A stretch of 64,000 nucleotides of DNA from Candidatus Parcubacteria bacterium (GCA_026004495.1 BPJG01000001.1:208750-272749), one strand, 5' to 3'; positions 20,068 to 30,140 are shown, counted from the first letter of the stretch. Notes: generated by a model not told the origin, from the letters alone. Made by a program: numbers and translations.

Positions 20068-20126
20068 TTATTTAGAAATAAAACTTTAATATTTTTATAA
20101 TATAATTTAATTTTATCATAACTTAA

Positions 20127-20198
20127 GCCGCCATCGTCTAATGGCAAGGACACCGCTTTCTCAAGGCGGAAATACGGGTTCGACTCCCGTTGGCGGCA
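20127..20198 (+). tRNA. tRNA-Glu(CTC), CCA not encoded
   Basis: GCCGCCA/TGGCGGC acceptor stem, CCGCT-TTCTCAA-GGCGG anticodon arm, GGTTCGACTCC T arm. Confidence 0.96.
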
Positions 20199-21632
20199 AT
20201 GAGATATCTAATTACAACCTCTATACCTTATGTAAATGATAATCCTCATATAGGACATCTTTATGAATATATTTTAGCAGACATTTTTGCCCGTTATTTT
20301 AGAAATAAAAATGATATCTTCTTTTTATCAGGAGTGGACGAAAATGGAATAAAAATAGCAAAATCTGCTATTGAAAATAATAAGAAAATAAAAGATTTTG
20401 TTGATGAAAAATATCTAAGTTTTTATTCTCTGAAGGATAAATTTTATTTATCTTTTGATAATTTTATTAGAACAAGTAGTGAAAATCATAAATGGGGAGT
20501 TTATAAATTTTGGCAATTATGCCAAGATGATATTTATATAGATAAATATTGTGGTTATTATTGTTATAGTTGCGAAGCCTATTATGAAGAGAACGAAGTT
20601 GAAAATTTAATTTGCCCTCTTCACAAAAAGAAATTAGAAAAAATTGAAGAAAAGAATTATTTTTTCAGACTCACAAAATATTTAGATCAAATTAAATTAT
20701 TAATTGAAAAAGAAAAAATAAAAATTTATCCTCAAGAAAAAAAAATAGAAATTTTAAATATTTTGAAAGAAAAAAAGATTAAAGATTTAAGTATTTCTCG
20801 TGATATCAACAGAAGCTATGGTTGGGGTATAACAACTCCTAATGATAATTCTCAGGTAATTTATGTCTGGTTTGATGCTTTAATAAATTATTTGTCTGGC
20901 TTAGGTTTTGGTAGTGATAATGAAACAAATTTTAAAAAATATTGGCACGAAGGAGAAGTTATTCATTTTATAGGTAAAGATATAGTTAAATTTCATGCTA
21001 TTTATTGGCCAGCAATGTTATTATCTGCTAAAATAAAGGTTCCCGATAAAATAGTTGTTCATTATTTTATCAATATACGAGGAGAAAAAATGTCAAAAAC
21101 AATTGGCAATGTAATTGGACCCAACGATTTATTAAATAACAATTTAGAACCAGATGTTATTAGAGCTTATTTCGCTTATCAAAATATATTTAACGATTGG
21201 GACTTTAATTTTCAAAATATAGTTAATTTTCGAGAAGGTATTTTAAAAAAAGAATTGGGTAATCTAATATTAAGAATTTATGGCCTTTTTAGAAAATACA
21301 ATAGGGATATTAAATTACAAAAAAATTTATTAAAAAAGGAAAATCTTACTACCTTAAATAATTATTCAAAATATATGGCTGATTTTGAAATAAATATAGC
21401 TTATCAAAATATATTTAATTTAGTAAAAGAACTAAATCAATTTATTGATAAAGAAAAAATTTGGCAAAATTTAAGTGAAGAAAATATTTCTACCTTGGCT
21501 TACAATCTTATTGATATTCTAAATGTTTATCAATTTTTAATGCCTGAAAAATTAAATCGAGTAAAAAATAATTTAAAAATTCAAGATGATTTTCTTATAA
21601 ATAAAGATTTGGAATTAAAACCTATCTTTTAA
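20199..21632 (+). CDS. metG: Methionyl-tRNA synthetase (short form)
   Basis: ITTSIPYVNDNPHIGH, CxxC...CPLH knuckle, IYVWFDALINY, IGKDIVKFH, KMSKT; start placed at ATG 20199 because the track's TTG 20190 lies inside the tRNA. Confidence 0.95.
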   Translation: MRYLITTSIPYVNDNPHIGHLYEYILADIFARYFRNKNDIFFLSGVDENGIKIAKSAIENNKKIKDFVDEKYLSFYSLKDKFYLSFDNFIRTSSENHKWGVYKFWQLCQDDIYIDKYCGYYCYSCEAYYEENEVENLICPLHKKKLEKIEEKNYFFRLTKYLDQIKLLIEKEKIKIYPQEKKIEILNILKEKKIKDLSISRDINRSYGWGITTPNDNSQVIYVWFDALINYLSGLGFGSDNETNFKKYWHEGEVIHFIGKDIVKFHAIYWPAMLLSAKIKVPDKIVVHYFINIRGEKMSKTIGNVIGPNDLLNNNLEPDVIRAYFAYQNIFNDWDFNFQNIVNFREGILKKELGNLILRIYGLFRKYNRDIKLQKNLLKKENLTTLNNYSKYMADFEINIAYQNIFNLVKELNQFIDKEKIWQNLSEENISTLAYNLIDILNVYQFLMPEKLNRVKNNLKIQDDFLINKDLELKPIF

Positions 21633-22952
21633 TAATTCTTGAGTTAATTTATAGGCATCTCCTGCACCCATAATTAAACAAATGTCTCCTCTTTTCAAGT
21701 TATTTTTTAAAAAATCTATAGCCTTAGAAAAAGATTCAAGATAAAAAACATTATACTTATGTTTGCTTATTTCACTAACTAATTTTTTAGAATTTATTAA
21801 ACTCATAATTTTTTTATTTTCTCTACCAGCAACAGTATAAATATCTAAAATACCTACATAATCAGCAAGATCAAAGGCGTGAATGAATTCTGAGAAATGA
21901 TAATAGGTTCGATAATATTGATGAGGCTGAAAAATAATAAATAATCTTCCACCTTTAGATAATATTTCCTTACCCGCCTGAAGAGTAGCTTTTATTTCAG
22001 TTGGATGATGGCCATAATCATCAAAAATTTTAGCACCATTTACTTTACCTTTATATTCAAATCTACGCCAAATTCCTTTAAACCTTTTTAGAGCCTTGAG
22101 AGAAATTTTTTTATTAATATTTAAAATTTCAGCAACCTTTAGGGCAGCTAAAGCATTACTTATATTATGCCTTCCCGCAACACTTAATTCAATTTTTTCT
22201 CTATTATTTTTTAAGCTATAAGTTAATAAATTAATTTTATTTTCTTTAATAATGTTTTTAATTTCTCTAATAAATATTTGGCACCCCTTATCGTCTTTAT
22301 TAATAATTAAATATTTTTTATCGCCAGTCAAATTAAATATAAATTTTTTAAATGTCTTTAAAATGTTTTCGAAATTTTTATAGTAATCCAAATGTTCGGC
22401 TTCAATATTAGTAATTATTAAAATAGAGGGGTGGTGATTTAAAAAGCCAGCTTTATATTCATCAGCTTCAATAATTAAATATTTACTCCTACCATAACGA
22501 AAATTAGATTCTTCACCTTGAGAACCGAAATTTTTTACCTTTGAACCAATAATAACAGTTGGATCCAATTTAGCTTCAATAAAAATTTGCGCTACCATAG
22601 CAGTAGTAGTGCTTTTTCCATGCATACCAGCAATAGCAATCGTAAAATAATTTTTAGTTAATTTGCCTAATGCTTGAGGATAACTTAGGTTTGGAATTTT
22701 TATTTTTTTTGCTTCTAATAATTCTGGGTTGTCTTTTTTAATCGCTAAAGAATAAATTACTAAATCTATATTTTTATTAATATTTTTTTTACTATGATTT
22801 AAGAAAAATTTTATTTTAGTTAATTCATCCTTAGAAAAAACATCTCTTGGATAAACAAAATCGCTACCTGAAATTTTATTGCCTTGATATAAATAATATT
22901 TAGCCAAGGCACTAATTCCTATACCACCTATACCAATAAAGTGAATTTTCAT
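21615..22952 (-). CDS. murC: UDP-N-acetylmuramate--L-alanine ligase
   Basis: IHFIGIGGIGISALA, AGMHGKSTTT, IEADEY, DDYGHHPTEI, FQPH, MGAGD. Confidence 0.97.
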   Translation of the reverse strand: MKIHFIGIGGIGISALAKYYLYQGNKISGSDFVYPRDVFSKDELTKIKFFLNHSKKNINKNIDLVIYSLAIKKDNPELLEAKKIKIPNLSYPQALGKLTKNYFTIAIAGMHGKSTTTAMVAQIFIEAKLDPTVIIGSKVKNFGSQGEESNFRYGRSKYLIIEADEYKAGFLNHHPSILIITNIEAEHLDYYKNFENILKTFKKFIFNLTGDKKYLIINKDDKGCQIFIREIKNIIKENKINLLTYSLKNNREKIELSVAGRHNISNALAALKVAEILNINKKISLKALKRFKGIWRRFEYKGKVNGAKIFDDYGHHPTEIKATLQAGKEILSKGGRLFIIFQPHQYYRTYYHFSEFIHAFDLADYVGILDIYTVAGRENKKIMSLINSKKLVSEISKHKYNVFYLESFSKAIDFLKNNLKRGDICLIMGAGDAYKLTQELLKDRF

Positions 22953-23016
22953 CTTTAATTTAAAATTTTTTCATTTAATTTTTTAATTATTTACATATAA
23001 TATAATAAATATTATA

Positions 23017-23769
23017 ATGAACAGAAGATTAAAAAAACAAATAATTTATGCAATCATTATTTTGTCCTTAATGACAATCCTTGTTGTTGGCTTATGGTTT
23101 ATTTTTAGACCAGCTCCTTCTTGTTTTGATAATAAAAAAAATGGGCAAGAAGAAGGAATTGACTGTGGTGGACCATGTTTGCCTTGCGAAATAGTTAATT
23201 TAAACTTAAGGGTTGAAAAACCTAGAACTATCATTTATCCTGATAATACCTTAGATATTATAACTATCATCAAAAATCCATCTGATAAGTATGGCTTAAG
23301 AAAATTTAATTATAAGTTTATTTTAAAAGGAGATAATAATATAAAAGCTGAATTAAGTGGAGAAAGCTTTATTATGCCCCTTCAAACAAAATACTTAACA
23401 GCAGTTAATATTAAAAAGCCAGATTTTAATATTATTTCAGCTGATATTGAAATTAATTTTGATAAAAAAGATTGGCTAATAATTGATCAGAATGAAACAA
23501 AAATTGAAATGTTAAATTACGAAATAAAAGATAATAAATTATTAGCAGAAATAATTAATAATGACACAATACCTTATAATGATTTGGAAATAAATTTTTT
23601 AGTTTATGATATTTTAGGAAATATAATTGGAGTTTTAAAAACAAAAATTGATTATTTAGAGCCATTAGAAAGAAGAAATATTAGCTTAACCCTTCCTCCT
23701 ATATCTCAAGAAATTAATAAGATAGATATTTTATCTTATTACAATTTTTTCTATCAAAATGAAAATTAA
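23017..23769 (+). CDS. Membrane-anchored protein with Cys-rich DCGGPC motif
   Basis: N-terminal TM then SCFDNKKNGQEEGIDCGGPCLPC; overlaps rodA start. Confidence 0.8.
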   Translation: MNRRLKKQIIYAIIILSLMTILVVGLWFIFRPAPSCFDNKKNGQEEGIDCGGPCLPCEIVNLNLRVEKPRTIIYPDNTLDIITIIKNPSDKYGLRKFNYKFILKGDNNIKAELSGESFIMPLQTKYLTAVNIKKPDFNIISADIEINFDKKDWLIIDQNETKIEMLNYEIKDNKLLAEIINNDTIPYNDLEINFLVYDILGNIIGVLKTKIDYLEPLERRNISLTLPPISQEINKIDILSYYNFFYQNEN

Positions 23770-24799
23770 TATATTTATCTTGATTTCTCTTATATTGTGT
23801 ATGTTTTTTTCTGTTTCAACTCTTATTTCTATAAACAAAAAGGATGAATTTTTTAAATCAATAATATTTTGGTTAATATCTTTCTTAATTCTATTTTCTT
23901 CCCTTTATCTTAGATACAACAATATTTTTTATTATCCCTATTTTCAGGCCTTTTATGCCTTAACTATTATTTCTCTTCTACTTTTATTTATCTTACCATC
24001 AAAACAAAGAATGTGGTTTTCTTTAGGAGGCTTATCTTTACAACCTTCGGAATTTGCCAGGATTATTCTTCTTGTAAGCTTAACTATATTTTTGAGCAAA
24101 TATTATAATTTTCTTAAAAATAATTTATATCTTGGATTTAGTTTTTTAATTATTTTACCTCTAATACTTTTAATCGCTCTCCAACCAGATTTAGGTATGA
24201 CTTTATTATTTTTACTTACTTGGTTTTTTTCAATAATAATATTTCTAAGGAAACAGCAGATTGTTTTTTTGATAATTTTATTTTTAATATTAGGAGCTAT
24301 TGGATGGCAATTTGTTTTAAAGGATTATCAGAAAGAGAGAATTTTGACTTTTATTAATCCAGAAAGAGATCCATTGGGTTCAGGTTATAATATTAAACAA
24401 CTAAAAATAACTATTGGCTCAGCTGGCTTTTGGGGTAAAGGCCTAGGACAGGGAACTCAAGCGAAATTAGGCTTTTTGCCTTCAGCTGAAACAGATTTTA
24501 TTTTAGCTAGTTTTATTGAAGAAAGAGGATTTTTAGGATTTTTGATATATTCATTTTTAATCTTTATTATCTTAAAAACAATTCTATTTGAATCAAGTTT
24601 TATTAAAAACCCAATTGGCAAAGTTTATTCTAATATTTTGGTAATTCATTTAGCTATAAAATTTTTACTAACAACTGCTATAAATTTAGGCTTTTTCCCT
24701 ATTATTGGCTTAGCCGTACCCTTTATGAGTTATGGGGGATCCCATTTATTGTCAGATTTTATACTTATTAGTATTTGGCATAACTTTAGAAATATTTAA
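23759..24799 (+). CDS. rodA: SEDS peptidoglycan polymerase RodA/FtsW family
   Basis: LQPSEFAR, QPDLG, YQKERI, DPLGSGY, GSAGFWGKG, ETDFI, PFMSYGGS. Confidence 0.9.
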   Translation: MKINIFILISLILCMFFSVSTLISINKKDEFFKSIIFWLISFLILFSSLYLRYNNIFYYPYFQAFYALTIISLLLLFILPSKQRMWFSLGGLSLQPSEFARIILLVSLTIFLSKYYNFLKNNLYLGFSFLIILPLILLIALQPDLGMTLLFLLTWFFSIIIFLRKQQIVFLIILFLILGAIGWQFVLKDYQKERILTFINPERDPLGSGYNIKQLKITIGSAGFWGKGLGQGTQAKLGFLPSAETDFILASFIEERGFLGFLIYSFLIFIILKTILFESSFIKNPIGKVYSNILVIHLAIKFLLTTAINLGFFPIIGLAVPFMSYGGSHLLSDFILISIWHNFRNI

Positions 24800-24849
24800 A
24801 TTTGTTTTATAATATTATTTGTAATATTCCTAATTTTAATTAAACTACA

Positions 24850-25485
24850 ATGGGCCTTTTGTTTAAATTATCAATAATAATATTTATCTTAGCCTTAATA
24901 ACTTTTGCTTTTAGTTATTATTTTAAAAATTATTATAACTTAAATGAAACATATATTTTAGATTCAAAATTACCTAATAGTAAATCTACTAATACTATTC
25001 AACAAACATCAATAGAAAGTAATAATCAAATAACAAATACAACTGAAACTAATCAGAGTGATTTATTAAATATTCAAAATAATGTAAAAGTATTGGTTCC
25101 AATTGAAGATAAAAACAAAAAAATAAATTCTAATCAAAATAATGATAATTTAAATTCAAGTAATAATTTAACCTCAACAGAAGAAAATATTTCTTATGAA
25201 TATAAAGGTGAAGTTATAATTAAGGCAAGCGAATTTAAGTTTGAACCAAATATTTTTAGAGTTAAGGAAGGTCAAAAAGTAAAATTAATTATAAAAAACG
25301 AAGGTAAAATTCCTCATAACTTAAAAATAGAGAAAGAAAATATTGTTTTTCAAACATCACTAATAGGTCCTAATGAAGAATCGATATTAGAATTTACTAC
25401 TCCTCCTAAGGGTGAATATGATTTTTATTGTACCTTAGATGACCATAAGCTAAGGGGTATGTTTGGTAAAATGATAGTCGAATGA
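24850..25485 (+). CDS. Membrane-anchored cupredoxin with Asn/Thr-rich linker
   Basis: F-P--I-VK-GQ-V...PHNL...FYCTLDDHKLRGM: H/C/H/M type-1 copper ligands. Confidence 0.85.
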   Translation: MGLLFKLSIIIFILALITFAFSYYFKNYYNLNETYILDSKLPNSKSTNTIQQTSIESNNQITNTTETNQSDLLNIQNNVKVLVPIEDKNKKINSNQNNDNLNSSNNLTSTEENISYEYKGEVIIKASEFKFEPNIFRVKEGQKVKLIIKNEGKIPHNLKIEKENIVFQTSLIGPNEESILEFTTPPKGEYDFYCTLDDHKLRGMFGKMIVE

Positions 25486-25488
25486 ATT

Positions 25489-25561
25489 TGCCTCGGGTGG
25501 GAGTCGAACCCACGACCTAGCGCTTATGAGACGCTCGCTCTAACCACTGAGCTACCGAGGC
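25489..25561 (-). tRNA. tRNA with CAT anticodon (elongator Met or Ile2); CCA not encoded
   Basis: Reverse complement GCCTCGGTAGCTCAGTGGTTAGAGCG AGCGT-CTCATAA-GCGCT AGGTCGTGGGTTCGACTCCCACCCGAGGCA; G1:C72 paired, so not initiator. Confidence 0.93.
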
Positions 25562-25584
25562 ATAATTTAATTAGCTATTAAATT

Positions 25585-26268
25585 TTAATTTATTTTCATC
25601 TTTTTTAAGGCTTTATTAGCAGCATCAATTTCTGCCTCTTGTTTACTACTTCCCTCTCCCACACTTATTAACCTTTTTTCAAGATATAAACCTACGAAAA
25701 ATTTTTTTTGATGCTCTGGGCCTTCTGTTCTAATTATATCATATTCGGGTAAAAGTTTATATTTCTCTTGACAATATTCTTGTAATTTACTTTTAGGATC
25801 TTTATACAATCTTTTTTTTACAACTTCATCTATATCTTGATTTAATTTTTCGATTAAAAATCTATAAGTGATATCTAAATTATTATCTAAAAAAATAGCA
25901 GCAATTAAAGCTTCTAATCCATCGCTCAAAATAGTTTTTAATCCCTTCTCTCCTATTTTTGGGTTATAAAACATAAATTTATCTAAATCCAAATCAAGAG
26001 AAATCATTGACAGTCTTTCTCTATTTACTAAAGCAGATCTTATAAGGGTCATTTCACCCTCTGATAAATTTGGAAATTTTACAAAAAGGTAATGAGAAAT
26101 AATAAATTCAATAATAGTATCACCTAAAAATTCCAATCTTTCATTATCTTTATAGGGATGTTTAGTATTAATATATAAATAACTCTTATGGGTTAAGGCC
26201 TCGCAAAAAAGAAATTTATTTTTAATTTTTATCTTTATCTTATTTTCTAATTTAGCCAAATCTATCAT
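25585..26268 (-). CDS. rnc: Ribonuclease III
   Basis: ALTHKSY, NERLEFLGD, DPKSKLQE dsRBD, GSSKQEAE. Confidence 0.97.
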   Translation of the reverse strand: MIDLAKLENKIKIKIKNKFLFCEALTHKSYLYINTKHPYKDNERLEFLGDTIIEFIISHYLFVKFPNLSEGEMTLIRSALVNRERLSMISLDLDLDKFMFYNPKIGEKGLKTILSDGLEALIAAIFLDNNLDITYRFLIEKLNQDIDEVVKKRLYKDPKSKLQEYCQEKYKLLPEYDIIRTEGPEHQKKFFVGLYLEKRLISVGEGSSKQEAEIDAANKALKKMKIN

Positions 26269-26693
26269 TGTTCAATCTTAGCTATATTTTCATAGACTGT
26301 AGCTAAAACTCCATTGATAAATTTAGAAGTAGCTTTAGTGCCAAAATTTTTAGCTAATTCTATTGCTTCATTGATTATTACTTTATATGGTATTTCAGGA
26401 TAATTATATAACAGTTCATAAGTTGCCAGCCTTAAAATACTTTTTTCTAATAATGGAACTTGTTCATAGGGTAAAGATTTAATAGACAAAGATAGAATTC
26501 TATCAATTTTTTCTAAGTTATTAATTACTCCACTAATTAATTTTGTACTAAATTCTGGTTCGTCTATATCTTGACCAAATTCTAATAAATTTCTATTAAA
26601 AATTTCTAAGGCTTTATCTTGAGAATAATTATTAAATTGCCACTCATAAAGAGATTGCATCACAATTATTCTTGAAAGATGCCTTGTAGCCAT
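26265..26693 (-). CDS. nusB: Transcription antitermination factor NusB
   Basis: RHLSRIIVMQSLYEW, ILRLATYEL, INEAIELAKNFG, FINGVL. Confidence 0.96.
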   Translation of the reverse strand: MATRHLSRIIVMQSLYEWQFNNYSQDKALEIFNRNLLEFGQDIDEPEFSTKLISGVINNLEKIDRILSLSIKSLPYEQVPLLEKSILRLATYELLYNYPEIPYKVIINEAIELAKNFGTKATSKFINGVLATVYENIAKIEQ

Positions 26694-26715
26694 TTATTTT
26701 AAATTTATTTTAAAA

Positions 26716-26931
26716 TTATTTAGTAGAGCTTTTATTTTTTTTACTTTTAGCTGATTTATCATCAATATATTTTTTACCATTATAAAAACCACATTCGATA
26801 CATACTCTATGTGGTAATGTTAAAGCCTTACAATTTTTGCACCCTACCAGCTTAACTGGCTTTAATATTTCCTTCTGAAATCTTCTTTTTCTTGAGCGAG
26901 AATAAGAAAGTCTTTTAGCTGGAACTACCAT
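26716..26931 (-). CDS. rpmF: 50S ribosomal protein L32
   Basis: VPAKRLS, CKNC...PHRVCIECGFY. Confidence 0.95.
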   Translation of the reverse strand: MVVPAKRLSYSRSRKRRFQKEILKPVKLVGCKNCKALTLPHRVCIECGFYNGKKYIDDKSAKSKKNKSSTK

Positions 26932-27000
26932 TGGATATTGACATAATCTTATTAATTATATTTACCGATTTAAAAAAAATTAATTTATTTAGAAGATAAT

Positions 27001-27009
27001 ATTATAACA
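27001..27009 (-). promoter_or_regulatory. Extended -10 promoter (TGTTATAAT) for rpmF-nusB-rnc
   Basis: Exact TGnTATAAT about 70 nt upstream of rpmF. Confidence 0.55.
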
Positions 27010-27028
27010 TAAAAATTAAAAAATAAAT

Positions 27029-27613
27029 TTAATCAATTAATTCATCTTTTCTAAACCAAATTTTAAGTTCATATTGAGCTTCTTTAATATTTCCGGAAGC
27101 ATGAATTAGGTTTTTTATAGCTCTTTTTTCTAAATTAGCCACAATTGGTGAGTCGATAGCAAAATCACCCCTAATTGTCCCTGGTGGAGCTTTATAGGGC
27201 AATGTTGGACCGACAATTTTTCTCACTACTTCAACTGCATGATTTCCCTCGATGGCTATTTTTACTATAGGACCAGAACACATAAAATCTATAAGCCATT
27301 TTCTTACTAATAAGCCTAAATTATAAACATCATTAACTCCGAAATCTTTTTTTAAATCATATTTAATATTATTTTCTTGACAAGTTTTTATGAAATTATT
27401 ACCTAAATTTTCTATCCACTCCCTTGTTTTGGGATAATGTTTGTCAATTAAATTTTTTGTTGCTCTTACTATTCCTAAGCCAACAATTTTTAATCCTGCC
27501 CTTTCAAAACGAGAAATTATTTCACCAATTAAACCTCTTTCAATTCCGTCAGGCTTTATTAATACTAAGGTTCTTTCTTTTTTAAATTTTTTAAGATTAT
27601 TATTAATATCCAT
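27029..27613 (-). CDS. ndk: Nucleoside diphosphate kinase
   Basis: ERTLVLIKPDG, PGTIRGDF, NLIHASG; start moved to ATG 27613 because the longer ORF overlaps rnpB. Confidence 0.95.
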   Translation of the reverse strand: MDINNNLKKFKKERTLVLIKPDGIERGLIGEIISRFERAGLKIVGLGIVRATKNLIDKHYPKTREWIENLGNNFIKTCQENNIKYDLKKDFGVNDVYNLGLLVRKWLIDFMCSGPIVKIAIEGNHAVEVVRKIVGPTLPYKAPPGTIRGDFAIDSPIVANLEKRAIKNLIHASGNIKEAQYELKIWFRKDELID

Positions 27614-27640
27614 TTTCTTTTTTATCAAAAATGAATAAAT

Positions 27641-28012
27641 AATCTTGGTAAGATTATAAGCCGGATTCTGTATCCTTAAAATTAAGGACAGCAATCATTT
27701 ATCTGGAACTTAGATTACTCAAAGTTTCAAGCGGTACTCCCAAATTAAATTGGGCACGACCTTGCACCCGGAAAAGAAGGAAACAATTTTCTGAATTACT
27801 TCAGAAAATAATGGAGTAGCCTAAAAATGACTTTTTAGACACCTCCATTCTTTTCACCTTTCTCCGATTTGAAAACTAGATAGTATAGTCTCTGTGCTTC
27901 CTTCTTAGGGCTTACGCCCTAGCTCCATTTCGGAGCTTTCCTTTTTAGGGTGTCCGGACTTTCCTCTCTTTAATATAAGAATTAAAGAGTGATTGCTTAT
28001 CCTACCAAGATT
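27641..28012 (-). ncRNA. rnpB: RNase P RNA
   Basis: GAGGAAAGTCCGGAC and ACAGAATCCGGCTTAT (P4 signatures); complementary ends AATCTTGGTAGGAT/ATCTTACCAAGATT (P1); TATAAT at 28021-28026 just upstream. Confidence 0.95.
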
Positions 28013-28142
28013 ATGATATAATTATAAAATATTTTTATCTAAAATTAAAATTTTATAGAATAAAAATTTTAATTAAATATTAAAAAAATAAAATAGAATT
28101 AAAAAATTATTAAAAATGGTATTAATTTAAAGTTTTAAAAAG

Positions 28143-28517
28143 ATGGAATTTCTAAGAAAAATATTTAAAAAAGAACAATCGCCAACCGAAAAAGATAAAG
28201 AAGATAAAGTCGAGCAACCAAAAAAAGAAATTAACTTAATTTTTTCAGAAATCCAGAAAGACCCAGAACAAATTTATTTTACAATTAGTGGAGATAACCT
28301 CACATCAATTCAATTAATGGAATTAAAAAAAATTTATTTAGAAGTTACACCAAGAATTCGTAAAAATTTTGGCATTCAAATAGAAAATAGTGAAAACGGG
28401 ATTATTCTAAAATTTGTTTTTTATACTCGAGATAATCAAGAGATAGAAAATTTTGAAGAGATAGGGGAAAAATTACTTACTAAAATAAAATCTGACTTAG
28501 AGTCAAAATTTAAATAA
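28143..28517 (+). CDS. Hypothetical protein
   Basis: 124-aa Glu/Lys-rich ORF filling the gap; no recognised motif. Confidence 0.65.
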   Translation: MEFLRKIFKKEQSPTEKDKEDKVEQPKKEINLIFSEIQKDPEQIYFTISGDNLTSIQLMELKKIYLEVTPRIRKNFGIQIENSENGIILKFVFYTRDNQEIENFEEIGEKLLTKIKSDLESKFK

Positions 28518-28528
28518 AATATAATTTA

Positions 28529-30097
28529 CTATTTTACGATAACTTTCAACTCAGATTTTTTTACATTACTTAAAGGCCAATAAGACTCAATAACAAAACT
28601 TTCATCGGTAGTAAATTCTACTTTTGTACTCTGACCCGGTTTTATGGGTTCAGTTTTAAACTTTTTACTTCTAAAATCTAAGCCACCATAATAAACATTT
28701 TGATTCTTGACAATTAAATAAAGAATAACTTTTGTATTTCGAGGAACTTTAATACTTGCTGGATAAAAACCATAATCATCTGCCTCCACTTTTAATTCTT
28801 TGATATTATTTAAAGAAACTGTTGATTGGGTTGTTGTGGTTAAGCTTATTGAACATTTATTTGTCCTTATCCAGCCCTCAGGAACATCGCAAGGTGTTGG
28901 AAATTCTTTACATTCAGAAGGATTTTGAGGATTATAGGCTGGAGCGATTACTTGAATACAGCTTTCTGGTTTTTCAGGCGCCAAAGAACTTTTAGGAATA
29001 ATTTCAAATGGTTTATCGCTCATATCACTTTCTTTTGATTGATCACCAATAATTTCAATCAGATAATAACCCCAATCTAAAGTTTTGTCTTGTAGGGTAG
29101 TTTGACCTTGCCATTGATATTCACCAGTATTAGGAATATTTTCGGCAATAATTATTAGCATTAGTTCAGGCATTGAACAAGCTGGTTGTGTGTAAAGACA
29201 AGCAATATAGGGTTTTAAATAAATACTTACTGTTTTATCTTTTGGTGCTACCCATTTTATTTTTTGATAAGAATCAATTGGCCAAACTTCTCCACCATTG
29301 GGTGAAATAACTCTTAATTTTGCTTCTTTTGGTGGTTGCGATGTTGAGATAATTTTTCTTACAATCAAAGCCTCAATGCCATAATTATCTTTGTCCATAA
29401 ATCCATAAACATTTATCTTGTCACCAACATTAAAATCATCTAATCCTGATCTTTGTCTATTTCTTTGAAGTAAAATTGTGTCATCTGTAATTTTAATTGT
29501 TAATTCTTTAAATAAAATTTGTCTCCTTAAATCTAAAGCACAAGGAAGGGAGATCTCACTATCTTCTGATTCAAACATTAAACATTTCCAGCTAATATCT
29601 CTAACTGCAAAAAGGATTGCTTTTGTATTTTCAATTCCTGGTTCTTTAATAATTCTTGTTATCCTTAAATTATTTAACTGGACAATAGCATCATCTTCTC
29701 TAATTTCATCAGGCAAAATTTTTTGAAAGATGTTGGGAGTTAGGGGAGTTTGAGTTGCTGGAATAACTGGTTGAATTCCCTTAGGTAAATTTTTTGGTGC
29801 TGGTATTGGAAGAAGCTTTTCTATTTCTGTTATTTGTTTTTCTTGAATTTCTTCTATTTCAATTGGCGGCTGTGTCTGATTAATCGAATATTGCTGAATT
29901 AATTTTTGTAAGATATCCAAAAAATTTATGGAAGCTTGTTTCTCTTGAATAGCTTGTTGATTAATCGAATATTGCTGACTTAATTTTTGTAAGATGTCCC
30001 CAATTTGATTTAAAAGATTTTGATCGACTTGAGTTGTCTGGGCAGAAACAAAACTAATGCCTATAAAAATTATTAGAAATAAAGCATATTTTTTCAT
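28529..30097 (-). CDS. Secreted multidomain surface protein (Q-rich repeat, OB-like, Ig-like, Cys motif, cupredoxin-like)
   Basis: Signal peptide; VGDKINVYG; LRVISPNGGEVW...NTGEYQW; CIQVIAPAYNP...CKEFPTPCDVPEGW; C-terminal FYPASIKVP. Confidence 0.8.
   Translation of the reverse strand: MKKYALFLIIFIGISFVSAQTTQVDQNLLNQIGDILQKLSQQYSINQQAIQEKQASINFLDILQKLIQQYSINQTQPPIEIEEIQEKQITEIEKLLPIPAPKNLPKGIQPVIPATQTPLTPNIFQKILPDEIREDDAIVQLNNLRITRIIKEPGIENTKAILFAVRDISWKCLMFESEDSEISLPCALDLRRQILFKELTIKITDDTILLQRNRQRSGLDDFNVGDKINVYGFMDKDNYGIEALIVRKIISTSQPPKEAKLRVISPNGGEVWPIDSYQKIKWVAPKDKTVSIYLKPYIACLYTQPACSMPELMLIIIAENIPNTGEYQWQGQTTLQDKTLDWGYYLIEIIGDQSKESDMSDKPFEIIPKSSLAPEKPESCIQVIAPAYNPQNPSECKEFPTPCDVPEGWIRTNKCSISLTTTTQSTVSLNNIKELKVEADDYGFYPASIKVPRNTKVILYLIVKNQNVYYGGLDFRSKKFKTEPIKPGQSTKVEFTTDESFVIESYWPLSNVKKSELKVIVK
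29878..29999. repeat. Imperfect direct repeat (about 40 bp x2) encoding DILQKLxQQYSINQ
   Basis: gattaatcgaatattgctga.ttaatttttgtaagat.tcc at about 29878 and 29959. Confidence 0.85.
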
Positions 30098-30140
30098 TTT
30101 TTTAAAATTAGATCTAATTTCGACTCTTTATTTTATTATA

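Noticed and set aside
20190-20198. Track start of metG at TTG 20190
   Set aside because: Lies inside the tRNA-Glu acceptor stem; MetRS homology begins at ATG 20199
27614-27694. N-terminal extension of ndk
   Set aside because: Overlaps the 3' end of the RNase P RNA
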